Below are positions 1-9,726 of a stretch of DNA of 64,000 nucleotides, one piece after another. Every line of letters begins with the position of its first letter. Positions within the stretch are counted from its first letter, which is position 1. The stretch is from Anaerolineae bacterium (GTDB lineage Bacteria > Chloroflexota > Anaerolineae > UBA1429), in NCBI GenBank assembly GCA_040772225.1, contig JAXGYO010000002.1, positions 944,448 to 1,008,447 of the forward strand, written 5' to 3'. The position numbers and the translations under genes are program-made. Under the pieces are notes generated by a model. The model saw nothing but the letters and a program-made list of their open reading frames with translations, did not search any database and was not told where the DNA came from.

Positions 1-1
1 T

Positions 2-2734
2 CTGATCCTGGGCGAGGAGCTCAACGCACGTACCCAGTCGCTGAACAGACCGCCCTTTTCTGTGCGCTACTATGGCCTTCCCAAAACACGCACACCACTC
101 TCGATCGATACTGGCGCCCAGATTCAGGAATGGCTCGCAAACTCGCTGCGCAGTGAAGTAGGCCTGCCCGTTACCGAAAGCTATGCCCAGTACCAGAGCC
201 CACCTTTCCGCGTCCGCATTCCAGGCAGGGTCTATACAACGCAGGATCCGGATCTCACCACCCTGCGAATCGCTCTGGTAGATGACATCGAGAACCGGAT
301 AGAGGTCGGCGCGGGCGTGCCCTTTGGCCAGATCGATGATCCCAGTGTGCTCAATGTCTGGGTGACACGCGAGATGGCAGATGCGCTCGCGATGCAAGTC
401 GGCGAGGAACTCGACATCGCCTACTTTTTCCGGGCAGGCGTCGAGCCTATCAGGATCAAAGTGGCAGGATTCTGGGAAGCGCTCGACGAGATGGACCCCT
501 ACTGGTACTGGGAGCCAGCCAAGCTCTTCCAGGATGTGGTCATTACCACACGTGAGCAGTACGAAGCCCACATATCTCCTATCACACCCGAGGGTTTCGG
601 CTTTGTCTTCTGGTACTTTGTGCTGGACGATAGTCGCATGGCGCTGGATGAGGTGCCGCAGTACATCGAGGCCCTGAGCGTGATCGAGAACGAGGTCGTC
701 AAGCGCGTCCCGGATGGCAAGATGGACTATTCGCCGGGCCCCGAGCTGATACAGGCACAGGCGCGCAAGACCGTCCTGTCAGACACGCTACTTACCTTTG
801 CGCTGCCGCTCATGGGCATCCTGGCATCCTTTATCGCATCAGTCTCCTTTGTCACAGCGCGCTTTCAGGTGCGCGAGACAGCGATCGTGCGCAGTAGAGG
901 CACAAGCCGGTCTCAGTTGATGGTCCTGTCGTTGTTGGAGACAGTGCTCATCCTGATAGTCGCCACGCCACTGGGGCTCTTTTTCGGTCTGGCCCTCGCC
1001 CGGCTGATGGGCTACTCTTATGGATTTCTGCAGTTTATACACAGAGATGCCCTGCAGGTCAACCTGATCGCGACCAATGTGACGCTCGTTCTGATCGCGC
1101 TCTTCGTGAGTATCAGTTCACGCCTCCTGCCGGTCTGGCTGGCAACTAGATTCAGCATCGTGACCTATGAGCGCGACCGCGCAAGGTCGGTCTCTGGTGG
1201 CCATATTCTGCGAATCCTGTTGCTGGTCTTCCTTGCACTAATCACTTACTACGCCTACTACCAGCTGCAACTGGGAGGACCTCTCAGTTTGATGGGCTAC
1301 CGCGCCGGAAGCGAGCAAGGGCGCGACCCGCTGCTCGTGCTGGCTCCCACGCTGTTTCTATTCTCTTCGAGTCTTCTGGCGGCCGAGCTCTTTATCCTCC
1401 TCATGCGGCCGTTGGCTCTCATCGCCAGGTTCTTGCCGTCGCCCTCGGTGTACTTTGGCTGGACCAGCCTGGTGCGCGAGGGCCAGCACTATCGCACGCC
1501 GGTGTTCCTGCTGGTGCTGTGCTTGAACCTGGGCGTGTTCTATGCGTCTCTGGCCAGGAGCGCAGACATCTGGATGGTGGACAGACTGCAATACCAGGTT
1601 GGCGCTGACCTGACTTTTGAACATCTCTCCAGCGGAGACGCTAGCTCCGCCGGGGTCATCCCGTCGGACTCCTGGCTGCTCCCCGCCTCGGCCTACAAGA
1701 GCATCGCGGGCGTCGGGCAGGCCACGCGAGTCGCCAAGTTCCAGGCAAGTCTGAACTTGCCCCGAGGCACCATCAGCTATCGACCGGGCGCCCGAGCTCC
1801 CTTTGGTCAGCAGTCGAACGACGACGAGGTGCCAGAAGTCAGCCTCTTACTGATTGACCGCCTGGAGTTTCCGAACGTGGTCTACTGGCGAAGGGACTTT
1901 AGCCCCGATTCGCTGGGTAGCCTGATGAACCAGCTGGGCGCCAACCCAAACGGCCTGCTGGTGCCGCGCACCGTAGCCGAAAGGTTGCCTGCCGGATCTG
2001 AGGAAGAACTCAACATCGACATCAGCCTGGACGGCGTAGTGCATACCATCACGTTCCGCATCGTCGGCGTATTTGATTATTGGCCCACGATGCCACAGTC
2101 CAGCCCGCTCTATGTCGTCGGCAATATGGAATACATCGAGCGCGAGATCGGCGGCGCCTTCCCGCACGGGATCTGGATGCGTCTGAATGCTGGAGCAGAT
2201 CCTGATGCGATCCTTGAGGCGATCGAGCTAATGGATGTCACACCAGGCCGCCCGGTGATCCTCAGTGAGCTGATTGCAGAAGACCAGCAGAATCTGGAGC
2301 GTATCGGCATCTTTGGGCTGCTCACGGTCTGCTTCCTCACTGGCGCCGTACTCTCAGGAACGGAGCTGCTGATTTACAGCTATGCGAACTTGACGGGGCG
2401 TACAACGCGCTTTGCCATGCTCAGGGCAATCGGCATGCGCGGTCGCGAAATCGTGGGCATTGTATCCAGCGAGTACTTGCTCGTGCTGATATACGGTGTG
2501 GTGGCAGGCATCATCGTGGGGGTCACGGGCGCGCAGCTCTATGTGCCATATTTCCCCCTCACCCAGGATCCTGCATCCCAGATCCCGCCGTTCCTACCGA
2601 TCGTGGACTGGAGCAGCACCATCTGGATGGCGGTCGGTGTCACCCTCGCGCTGGTCATCATCGGGGGCGTCATCCTGTCCAGAGTGGTTCGCCAGCAGTT
2701 GTTCCAGGTGCTGCGCATGGGTAACCAGGAATAG
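2..2734 (+). CDS. ABC transporter permease, FtsX/MacB-like (two FtsX-type 4-TM modules), 5'-partial
   Basis: Reading frame is open to window start; first annotated codon is GTG at 62. About 230 soluble residues precede the first TM cluster, consistent with a MacB-type periplasmic domain following a TM1 that lies upstream of the window. Multiple TM helices and a repeated FtsX-like architecture. Confidence 0.7.
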   Translation: MILGEELNARTQSLNRPPFSVRYYGLPKTRTPLSIDTGAQIQEWLANSLRSEVGLPVTESYAQYQSPPFRVRIPGRVYTTQDPDLTTLRIALVDDIENRIEVGAGVPFGQIDDPSVLNVWVTREMADALAMQVGEELDIAYFFRAGVEPIRIKVAGFWEALDEMDPYWYWEPAKLFQDVVITTREQYEAHISPITPEGFGFVFWYFVLDDSRMALDEVPQYIEALSVIENEVVKRVPDGKMDYSPGPELIQAQARKTVLSDTLLTFALPLMGILASFIASVSFVTARFQVRETAIVRSRGTSRSQLMVLSLLETVLILIVATPLGLFFGLALARLMGYSYGFLQFIHRDALQVNLIATNVTLVLIALFVSISSRLLPVWLATRFSIVTYERDRARSVSGGHILRILLLVFLALITYYAYYQLQLGGPLSLMGYRAGSEQGRDPLLVLAPTLFLFSSSLLAAELFILLMRPLALIARFLPSPSVYFGWTSLVREGQHYRTPVFLLVLCLNLGVFYASLARSADIWMVDRLQYQVGADLTFEHLSSGDASSAGVIPSDSWLLPASAYKSIAGVGQATRVAKFQASLNLPRGTISYRPGARAPFGQQSNDDEVPEVSLLLIDRLEFPNVVYWRRDFSPDSLGSLMNQLGANPNGLLVPRTVAERLPAGSEEELNIDISLDGVVHTITFRIVGVFDYWPTMPQSSPLYVVGNMEYIEREIGGAFPHGIWMRLNAGADPDAILEAIELMDVTPGRPVILSELIAEDQQNLERIGIFGLLTVCFLTGAVLSGTELLIYSYANLTGRTTRFAMLRAIGMRGREIVGIVSSEYLLVLIYGVVAGIIVGVTGAQLYVPYFPLTQDPASQIPPFLPIVDWSSTIWMAVGVTLALVIIGGVILSRVVRQQLFQVLRMGNQE

Positions 2735-2927
2735 TTTTCGCTGCACGGCTCGATTGGTCGTCGCTCCCGGATAGGGCCGGATGATCCCAGCGGAGCCAAA
2801 CGCATGAGGGCATTTTGACACTCGGCGCCAAGCCAAGTATTCTGTGCGCACTGAATCAGGTCTTACAAATAGTCATCCTGTGCAGCGTTCAAGGTTGTTC
2901 GTCTGTTGAGGATTGGGCAGTTGTCAG

Positions 2928-2956
2928 TTGACACAGCAAGTCGCGTCTCCTAAAAT
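2928..2956 (+). promoter_or_regulatory. Near-consensus sigma70 promoter (TTGACA-17 nt-TAAAAT)
   Basis: TTGACA at 2928-2933, 17-nt spacer, TAAAAT at 2951-2956, read directly from sequence. Lies in a 1-kb ORF-free region. Confidence 0.45.
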
Positions 2957-3038
2957 GCCTTTATCAAGGAGAAGTGATGGCCGTCTGACAATCGCCAAGA
3001 GCGAGCGTCAATCAACGGTGATCGATGTTCCCATCGAG

Positions 3039-3075
3039 AACCAACCGATTGACCGGTTGGTTTGTTGCGTTTTGG
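3039..3075 (+). terminator. Intrinsic terminator (9-bp stem AACCAACCG/CGGUUGGUU plus U-rich tail)
   Basis: Hairpin followed by UGUUGCGUUUUG, about 110 nt downstream of the predicted TSS of the 2928-2956 promoter. Together they delimit a candidate small transcript. Confidence 0.4.
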
Positions 3076-3793
3076 GGACCAGGTGGTTCCCGGGCAGCCG
3101 CTCCCTTTGAGGCCTGATCCAATCAGTGGCGATATCGGCAATGGCTCGGCGATGATGCATTACAACCCATAGAGGGGAGGTGGTCGAACACAGAGAGGTG
3201 AGCGTGGCGGTTCCTGGCTCAGCCGTTGGACCCAATAGGGCCCAGGCACGGCCAAAGAACCCCTGGGCGGTGGCTCTGGTAGCGCGGCAATGAACCCCAG
3301 GAAAAGGCCAGCAGATTCGACAGCCCTGTAGACCCGGTCAGATGCCTTTCCCGCAGGATCGCAAAGTCCGCACAGCCCAGCCTTCTCACCCGGCAAGCTC
3401 TGTCTCCTGACAGAAACGTCAGCCGCGCAGTTCGCGCAGCCAACGTGTCGAGCCGGCAAAGAACCAGGCCCACGAGCGGCGGCCACATAAGCGCCGACCG
3501 CACGCAACTCCCTCACAGACAATCCTGTATTTGTCCCTTTTGCACGATCATGGCGCATGCAGCACCGGCTCCGCTCCCCCCCGTGCGCCGAGTTCTGGCT
3601 CTCAGATAGTGGACAAGACGAGGTCCAGAGGTTAGGCAACACGCATCTCGACAGATCGATCGGCACAGTCGGATCGACAGCCGAGGGGGTAAGCCGAAAG
3701 AGTTTGCGATTATCCGGCGCGGTCATTCGGTGGAGCCCGTTCCATCGCGCCGTGCAGCGGGGTGAAAGTCCGGAAATTGGAGAAAGGGATACT

Positions 3794-4777
3794 ATGAGAG
3801 CATACATTGCCCGTCGATTCTTGTACATGGTGCTTATGATGATCATGGCGTCAGTCGTGTCCTTTGCGGTGATCACATTACCGCCCGGAGACTATATGAC
3901 GTCATACATTATGCGCCTCAAGGCTCAGGGACAGGATGTCGGTCTGGAAGAGGAGCTCGCCCTGCGCCGGCAGTACGGACTGGATCAGCCTTTGCCCGTT
4001 CAGTATTTCAAGTGGGTCTCTCGATTCATCAAGGGAGACATGGGCCGTTCCTTTGAGTACAACCGTCCCGTCGTTGAAGTACTGATGCCCAGATTGGGCA
4101 TGACCATGATCGTGTCCATTGCTGCACTCATCGTCACCTATATTATCGCCATCCCCATCGGGATATACTCGGCGCTCAACCAATACTCGATCCCCGACTA
4201 TATCTTTAGTATCATCGCCTTTGCCGGCGTTTCCATGCCGAACTTTTTGCTGGCGCTGATACTGATGGTGTTCGCCTACCGTACCTTTGGCGTCAGTATT
4301 GGTGGCCTTTTCTCGCTCGAGTACGTGGACGCACCGTGGAACTGGGCCAAAATCGTCGACCTGCTCAAGCATCTTCCCATTCCGCTGGCGGTAATCGGCC
4401 TCTCGGGCACGGCCTGGCTGATGCGCACCATGCGTGCCACCCTGCTCGACGAGATCCACAAGCCCTACGTGCAGACCGCACGCGCCAAGGGCCTCAAAGA
4501 GGGTCAAGTGCTTCGCCGGTACCCTATCCGCGTCGCCCTGAACCCGATCGCCAGCACCATCGGTTGGCAGCTGCCCAACATCTTCTCAGGACAGACAATC
4601 GTTGCCATTGTCCTTGACCTGCCGACGATCGGACCGGTGCTCTTGCGTGCGCTGATGACCGAGGACATGTTCCTGGCAGCGAGCACGGTCATGATCACGA
4701 CCGCCCTGACGTTGGTCGGGACGCTTTTGTCGGACCTGCTCCTGGGCTGGTTGGATCCGCGCATCCAGGTTGGTTAA
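3794..4777 (+). CDS. ABC transporter permease, DppB/OppB/NikB family
   Basis: ABC-permease transmembrane-domain signature and typical N-terminal TM. RBS GGAGAAAGGG upstream of ATG 3794. The ORF-track N-extension from 3557 was rejected (no RBS, junk composition). Confidence 0.85.
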   Translation: MRAYIARRFLYMVLMMIMASVVSFAVITLPPGDYMTSYIMRLKAQGQDVGLEEELALRRQYGLDQPLPVQYFKWVSRFIKGDMGRSFEYNRPVVEVLMPRLGMTMIVSIAALIVTYIIAIPIGIYSALNQYSIPDYIFSIIAFAGVSMPNFLLALILMVFAYRTFGVSIGGLFSLEYVDAPWNWAKIVDLLKHLPIPLAVIGLSGTAWLMRTMRATLLDEIHKPYVQTARAKGLKEGQVLRRYPIRVALNPIASTIGWQLPNIFSGQTIVAIVLDLPTIGPVLLRALMTEDMFLAASTVMITTALTLVGTLLSDLLLGWLDPRIQVG

Positions 4778-4831
4778 TCGCCTCGACAGCTGCGCATACA
4801 GCGCCAGTTTGCCGATCATTCTGATAGGGAG

Positions 4832-5986
4832 TTGAAAATGGATGGTCTTTCGGCCCCGGGCTCCGAATCCTTGGCCAATGCTTCCCATGCATCGCTGACG
4901 GACGAGGAACGTGTATACGTTGCCTCGCAGTGGCAGCTGATGTTCCGCCACTTTAGGAGGCACAAGCTCGCGGTGATCGGCGCCGTCGTTGTGCTGATCA
5001 TGTACGGCATTGCGATCTTTCACGGCTTTCTAGCACCGTACGACAAGTTGACCCGATCCGAGTACATGTACATGCGTCCTCAGACGCTGCAGTTCAACGA
5101 CGGCAACGGGTTCTCGCTTCGTCCTTACGTCTTTGGCATCACGGCCACCTCTGATCCCAAGACGTTTACGCGAACGTTCGTCATTGACGAGAGCGTCAGG
5201 TACCCGGTCAAGTTCTTTACCCCGGGAGATACGTACAGCTTCCTTGGCCTGTTCAATACCGATATCCACCTATTTGGCGTGGATGCGCCCGGGCACATCT
5301 ATCTGCTGGGCACCGATGACCTCGGCCGAGACCTGTTCTCCCGTATCATGTATGGTTCAGCCATCTCCCTCTCTATCGGTCTGGTGGGTGTGCTGACCAG
5401 CTTTATACTGGGAATCACCCTCGGCGGTATCTCCGGTTACTATGGTGGCGTGGTGGACACGCTTATCCAGCGCGTGATCGAGTTCCTGATCTCGATTCCT
5501 ACGATCCCACTCTGGATGGCCTTGAGCGCCGCGGTGCCAGCCAGCTGGACTGCGATCCAGGTCTACTTTGCAATCAGCATCATCCTGTCACTCCGTGGCT
5601 GGTGTGGCCTCGCACGTATTGTGCGCAGCAAGATGCTGGAGGTGAGCCAGTACGATTTTGTGATGGCGGCCAAGCTCGCAGGCGCCAAAGACAGACGCAT
5701 CATCGCCACTCACCTGATACCGTCTTTCATGAGCTTCTTGATTGTGGATATGACGTTGTCTATCCCGAGCATGATCCTGGGTGAGACGTCGCTCAGCTTC
5801 CTCGGACTGGGCCTGCGCCCGCCTGTGGTGAGCTGGGGTGTTCTGTTGCAGGCAGCCACCAACATCCGTACGGTGGCCACCTACCCCTGGATCATGTGGC
5901 CAGGTGCTTTCCTGATCGCAACTGTACTCGCGTTCAATTTCATGGGTGACGGCCTGCGCGACGCAGCCGATCCCTACAAGATCTAG
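4832..5986 (+). CDS. ABC transporter permease, DppC/OppC/NikC family
   Basis: OppC-type N-terminal region followed by a permease domain. RBS GGGAG upstream. Confidence 0.85.
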   Translation: MKMDGLSAPGSESLANASHASLTDEERVYVASQWQLMFRHFRRHKLAVIGAVVVLIMYGIAIFHGFLAPYDKLTRSEYMYMRPQTLQFNDGNGFSLRPYVFGITATSDPKTFTRTFVIDESVRYPVKFFTPGDTYSFLGLFNTDIHLFGVDAPGHIYLLGTDDLGRDLFSRIMYGSAISLSIGLVGVLTSFILGITLGGISGYYGGVVDTLIQRVIEFLISIPTIPLWMALSAAVPASWTAIQVYFAISIILSLRGWCGLARIVRSKMLEVSQYDFVMAAKLAGAKDRRIIATHLIPSFMSFLIVDMTLSIPSMILGETSLSFLGLGLRPPVVSWGVLLQAATNIRTVATYPWIMWPGAFLIATVLAFNFMGDGLRDAADPYKI

Positions 5987-6142
5987 AAACCCTTGTTCAA
6001 GGCCTGCCAAGTCTGGGCAGGCCTTGAGCTGGGCCGCCATCCTGAACAGGTATGGTATCTGCGATGTAGCGCCAACCGGCGCAGAAAGCATAGCCCGCCT
6101 GACCGATGGCCGAGGTGCAATCTGTGACTTGCGGGAGGGTGG

Positions 6143-7006
6143 ATGTTCAAGAACCTGAGTCCGGGCGCGATTGGGATCAGAAACTGCTCACTGGAAGAGG
6201 CCATCAAGCTTGCCGCCCAGAGCGGCTTTGGCGGAATCGATGTGAGTATCCGTGAGATCGCTGATCTGGTTGCCAGTCACGATCTGGACTATGTGAAGAG
6301 CCTCTTTGCCACAGCCGGAGTCGTCCCTGGACAGTGGGGAACGCCTGTTGCCTGGCAGGCTGACGTTGAGCAGTGGAAACAGGATCTGGCGGACTTGCCC
6401 GCTCTGGCTGCGTTAGCCCAGGACCTGGGCTGCACACGCTCGGCTACCTGGTGCCCGCCAGCGTCTGACGATCGTGACTTTGATGAGAACCTGGCCTGGC
6501 ATATTGAGCGCTTCCGCCCGATAGCGCAGATTCTCGCCGATAGTGGATGCAGCTTTGGCATCGAGTTCATCGGGCCCAAGACCAGTCGCGCCCGCCGCAA
6601 GTACGCGTTCATCTACACTCTCGAGGGCATGATGGACATGGCACACCAGATCGGGACCGGCAATGTGGGCCTCCTTCTGGATGCCTGGCATCTCTACACC
6701 TCTGGTGGCTCTATCGATGACCTGGATAAGATCTCTGCCAGCGATGTGGTCACCGTACATGTGAACGATGCCCCGGAAGGCTTGGCGATCGAAGAACAAC
6801 TCGATAACGATCGCAGGCTTCCGATGGAGACGGGAGTCATCGACCTGCCTGGCTTTATGAAAAAGCTCGCGGGTATGGGATATGACGGCCCTGTCACACC
6901 GGAACCATTCAGCAAGCGCATTAATGCTATCGAGGATTCGCTGGAGGCCGCCAAACTGGCGGCCCACTATATGGACTTGCTCTGGAAGGCGGGTGGACTG
7001 ACCTAG
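6143..7006 (+). CDS. Sugar phosphate isomerase/epimerase (xylose isomerase-like TIM barrel)
   Basis: AP-endonuclease-2/xylose-isomerase-like TIM-barrel residues (HxD/E metal ligands). Embedded between the permease and ATPase genes of the ABC operon. Confidence 0.7.
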   Translation: MFKNLSPGAIGIRNCSLEEAIKLAAQSGFGGIDVSIREIADLVASHDLDYVKSLFATAGVVPGQWGTPVAWQADVEQWKQDLADLPALAALAQDLGCTRSATWCPPASDDRDFDENLAWHIERFRPIAQILADSGCSFGIEFIGPKTSRARRKYAFIYTLEGMMDMAHQIGTGNVGLLLDAWHLYTSGGSIDDLDKISASDVVTVHVNDAPEGLAIEEQLDNDRRLPMETGVIDLPGFMKKLAGMGYDGPVTPEPFSKRINAIEDSLEAAKLAAHYMDLLWKAGGLT

Positions 7007-7132
7007 TACCGCCCCTAACACGCCCTGGACTGTAATCAGAGCAGACTGCTGAGCAGAATCGATCAGGTAGCGGCGAAACAAGACGTACGGGCAGATCCGC
7101 CCGCAATGTGGCACAATCAGGAGTGACTATCC

Positions 7133-8158
7133 ATGAATCAAGACCAGATGCTTCTAGAGGTAAAGAACCTCAAAACCTACTTTTTCCTGGAAGAGGGCAC
7201 CGTCCATGCTATCGACGGCGCTGACTTTCACATTGCCAGGGGAGAGGCCCTGGGTGTAGTAGGCGAGAGCGGGTGCGGCAAGAGCGTGACCGGGCAGTCC
7301 ATTCTGCGTATCGTTCCCCATCCCGGACGGGTTGTTGAGGGCGAGATCATTTTCTACCGGTACAACAAGCGTGAGGATGGCACCGAGGTTCAGGAAGTCG
7401 TCAATCTGACGGCGCTGGATCCCCAGGGCGACGAGATCCGCAGCATCCGTGGTGGCGAGATCGCCATGGTGTTCCAGGAGCCCATGACATCGCTGAGCCC
7501 TATCCATACGATCGGCCAGCAGATCATGGAAGCGATCACGCTTCACCAGGGCGTAGACAAGGAAGAGGCTCGTCGCCGCGCGCTCGATATTCTGCGCCGG
7601 GTGGGTATGCCCCAGCCAGAGACGACGGTGGACTCTTATCCGCACCAGATGTCGGGTGGTATGCGACAGAGAGGCATGATCGCCATGGCCCTGAGTTGCA
7701 GCCCCAGCCTCTTGATCGCCGATGAGCCCACGACGGCCATCGACGTGACGACGCAGGCACAGATTCTGCAGTTGATGCGCGACCTGCAGCAGGATCTGGG
7801 CATGGCCATCATGTTCATCACCCATGACCTGGGGGTTATCGCAGAGATGACCAAGCGCGTCGTGGTCATGTACATGGGCAAGATCGTAGAGGGTGCCGAC
7901 GTAGATGACCTGTACTACGATCCCAAGCACCCTTACACGCGCGCTCTTCTGAACTCGATTCCTCGCCTGGGACAGAAGCGCGCGAGTCGCCTGGAATCGA
8001 TCAGAGGCATGGTGCCAGATCCATACAACCTGCCTCCAGGGTGCCCGTTCCATCCTCGGTGCAACAGCTTTATGCCGGGCGTCTGCGATGTCAGCGAACC
8101 GGAGACGGTCGAGGTTGGGCCCGGTCATGAAGTCAAGTGCTTCCTTTACCAGCAGTGA
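7133..8158 (+). CDS. ABC transporter ATP-binding protein, DppD/OppD family
   Basis: Walker [12 protein letters not shown] signature LSGGMRQR, C-terminal oligopeptide-type extension. Confidence 0.9.
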   Translation: MNQDQMLLEVKNLKTYFFLEEGTVHAIDGADFHIARGEALGVVGESGCGKSVTGQSILRIVPHPGRVVEGEIIFYRYNKREDGTEVQEVVNLTALDPQGDEIRSIRGGEIAMVFQEPMTSLSPIHTIGQQIMEAITLHQGVDKEEARRRALDILRRVGMPQPETTVDSYPHQMSGGMRQRGMIAMALSCSPSLLIADEPTTAIDVTTQAQILQLMRDLQQDLGMAIMFITHDLGVIAEMTKRVVVMYMGKIVEGADVDDLYYDPKHPYTRALLNSIPRLGQKRASRLESIRGMVPDPYNLPPGCPFHPRCNSFMPGVCDVSEPETVEVGPGHEVKCFLYQQ

Positions 8159-8175
8159 CAGAGAGGAACGAGGAC

Positions 8176-9198
8176 ATGGCAGAAAACACAAACAACATGC
8201 TCTTGCGTGTTAACAACCTCTATAAGCATTTTCCCATCAGGCGTGGCGCGCTCCGCAAGACAGTCGGCAACGTGCGTGCAGTGGACGGCGTGAGCTTTCA
8301 CATCCGTGAGAAAGAGACGCTCGGCCTGGTAGGTGAGAGCGGCTGCGGCAAGACGACCACCGGACGCTGTGTCATGCGCGCCATCGAACCCACCAGCGGC
8401 GAGGTGCTGTACACCAAGCCCGACGGCGAGACGGTGGACATCGTCACGATGGAGCCCCACGATCTTCGCGAGCTGCGTCGGGAGATCCAGATGATCTTTC
8501 AGGACCCGTATTCGTCGCTGAACCCTCGCATGACACTGCTGCAGATCGTCGGCGAGCCGTTGACGGTAAACAAAATCGCCCATGGACGCGAGCTCGAGGA
8601 TCGGGTGGCTGAGCTACTCCGCAGGGTGGGTCTGCGCCCCGAGTATATGCGCCGTTACCCCCACGCCTTTAGTGGTGGTCAGCGCCAGCGCATCGGCATC
8701 GCGCGCGCGCTCGCCCTCAATCCGCGATTCATCGTCGCGGACGAGCCTGTGTCAGCGCTGGACGTGTCGATTCAGGCCCAGGTGCTGAACCTGCTGGAGG
8801 ACCTGCAGGAGGAGATGGGCCTCACCTATCTCTTTGTCGCACATGACCTGAGCGTTGTGCAGCACATCTCCGACCGGGTAGCCGTGATGTACGTCGGCAA
8901 GCTGGTCGAAATGGCGGCAACCAACGACCTGTACTATACGCCGCTGCATCCGTATACGGAGGCCCTGATGTCTGCGGTGCCCAAGCCTGATCCGCGGGCT
9001 GTCAAGCAGCGCATCGTGTTGGAAGGCGAAGTCGCCGACCCGGCCAACCCGCCTCCGGGATGCTACTTCCATCCGCGTTGCCGGTACGCCACCGAGCTGT
9101 GCCGCACCGAGGAACCCGAGCTGCTTGAGGTCAAGCCCGACCATTACGTCAAGTGCCATCGTGCCACGGAGCTAACCCTCCGCGGCGTTACGGGGTGA
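8176..9198 (+). CDS. ABC transporter ATP-binding protein, DppF/OppF family
   Basis: Walker [10 protein letters not shown], signature [16 protein letters not shown] before ATG 8176; the track start at 8137 was rejected. Confidence 0.9.
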   Translation: MAENTNNMLLRVNNLYKHFPIRRGALRKTVGNVRAVDGVSFHIREKETLGLVGESGCGKTTTGRCVMRAIEPTSGEVLYTKPDGETVDIVTMEPHDLRELRREIQMIFQDPYSSLNPRMTLLQIVGEPLTVNKIAHGRELEDRVAELLRRVGLRPEYMRRYPHAFSGGQRQRIGIARALALNPRFIVADEPVSALDVSIQAQVLNLLEDLQEEMGLTYLFVAHDLSVVQHISDRVAVMYVGKLVEMAATNDLYYTPLHPYTEALMSAVPKPDPRAVKQRIVLEGEVADPANPPPGCYFHPRCRYATELCRTEEPELLEVKPDHYVKCHRATELTLRGVTG

Positions 9199-9205
9199 TA
9201 CGAAA

Positions 9206-9571
9206 ATGGAAACGAAGGATTCGCTCTGGCCTACGGTCATGGGCTACTTTCTCTGGGTTGTCTCCGCACTCATCGGCCTGGTAGCACTATTCGCAGCGAT
9301 TGACCTGGTCGAGAGACTGGCGATCGCTCTGATCCAGCCGGGGTGCGACCCGCTCAAATCTGTCGAATGTGCCGGAGCAATTCGATCGGTGATGCTGATA
9401 GCCTATGCCGTGCTGGGAATCGTCTGGATCGTCTGGTACATCCTGTTGGCTGAGCGCTATCCTTCGTCCAAGACTGCCGAGCTGTTGGCGAAACGCTTTG
9501 CAGTGTCAACGGCTATTCAAGTAGCGCTCATTGCCATCTGGTTGATTGTCGCCCGCTGGCCCTTTGGCTAG
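9206..9571 (+). CDS. Small hypothetical membrane protein (4 predicted TM helices)
   Basis: 121 aa, four hydrophobic segments, starts 8 nt after DppF-like stop with RBS GGGGTGA. Last gene of the ABC operon. Confidence 0.5.
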   Translation: METKDSLWPTVMGYFLWVVSALIGLVALFAAIDLVERLAIALIQPGCDPLKSVECAGAIRSVMLIAYAVLGIVWIVWYILLAERYPSSKTAELLAKRFAVSTAIQVALIAIWLIVARWPFG

Positions 9572-9596
9572 ACCAAGATCAGCAAGATCAGCATCA

Positions 9597-9637
9597 AGAC
9601 CCCGCGGGCAATCCTGCCCGCGGGGTCTTTGCTTTGC
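9597..9637 (+). terminator. Intrinsic terminator
   Basis: AAGACCCCGCGGGCA-AUCC-UGCCCGCGGGGUCUU followed by UUGCUUUG. Confidence 0.6.
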
Positions 9638-9664
9638 TGCCGGGATTGCGCCCGGCAGGATCGC

Positions 9665-9691
9665 TTGACCTTCCCCACGGGCGTATATAAT
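9665..9691 (+). promoter_or_regulatory. Candidate sigma70 promoter (TTGACC-15 nt-TATAAT)
   Basis: -35 at 9665-9670, -10 at 9686-9691, upstream of the Gfo/Idh/MocA gene. Confidence 0.35.
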
Positions 9692-9726
9692 ACGAGAGTC
9701 ATCAACAGAATGGAGGTACATGCGAG

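Noticed and set aside
3100-3793. Possible cobalamin riboswitch or RNase P RNA (GGUGAAAGUCCGG-like motifs at 3757-3790 and AAAGUCCG at about 3365)
   Set aside because: Only short fragments resemble the B12 core or P4 helix. No B12 box, no CUGU/GCCACUG context, and the motifs are on the wrong spacing. The region is left as an unexplained structured region rather than called as a specific RNA.
3160-3876. 238-aa minus-strand ORF in the 1-kb intergenic region
   Set aside because: Low-complexity Arg/Pro/Ala composition, no RBS, and it overlaps the start of the real permease gene. Judged a GC-driven artefact.
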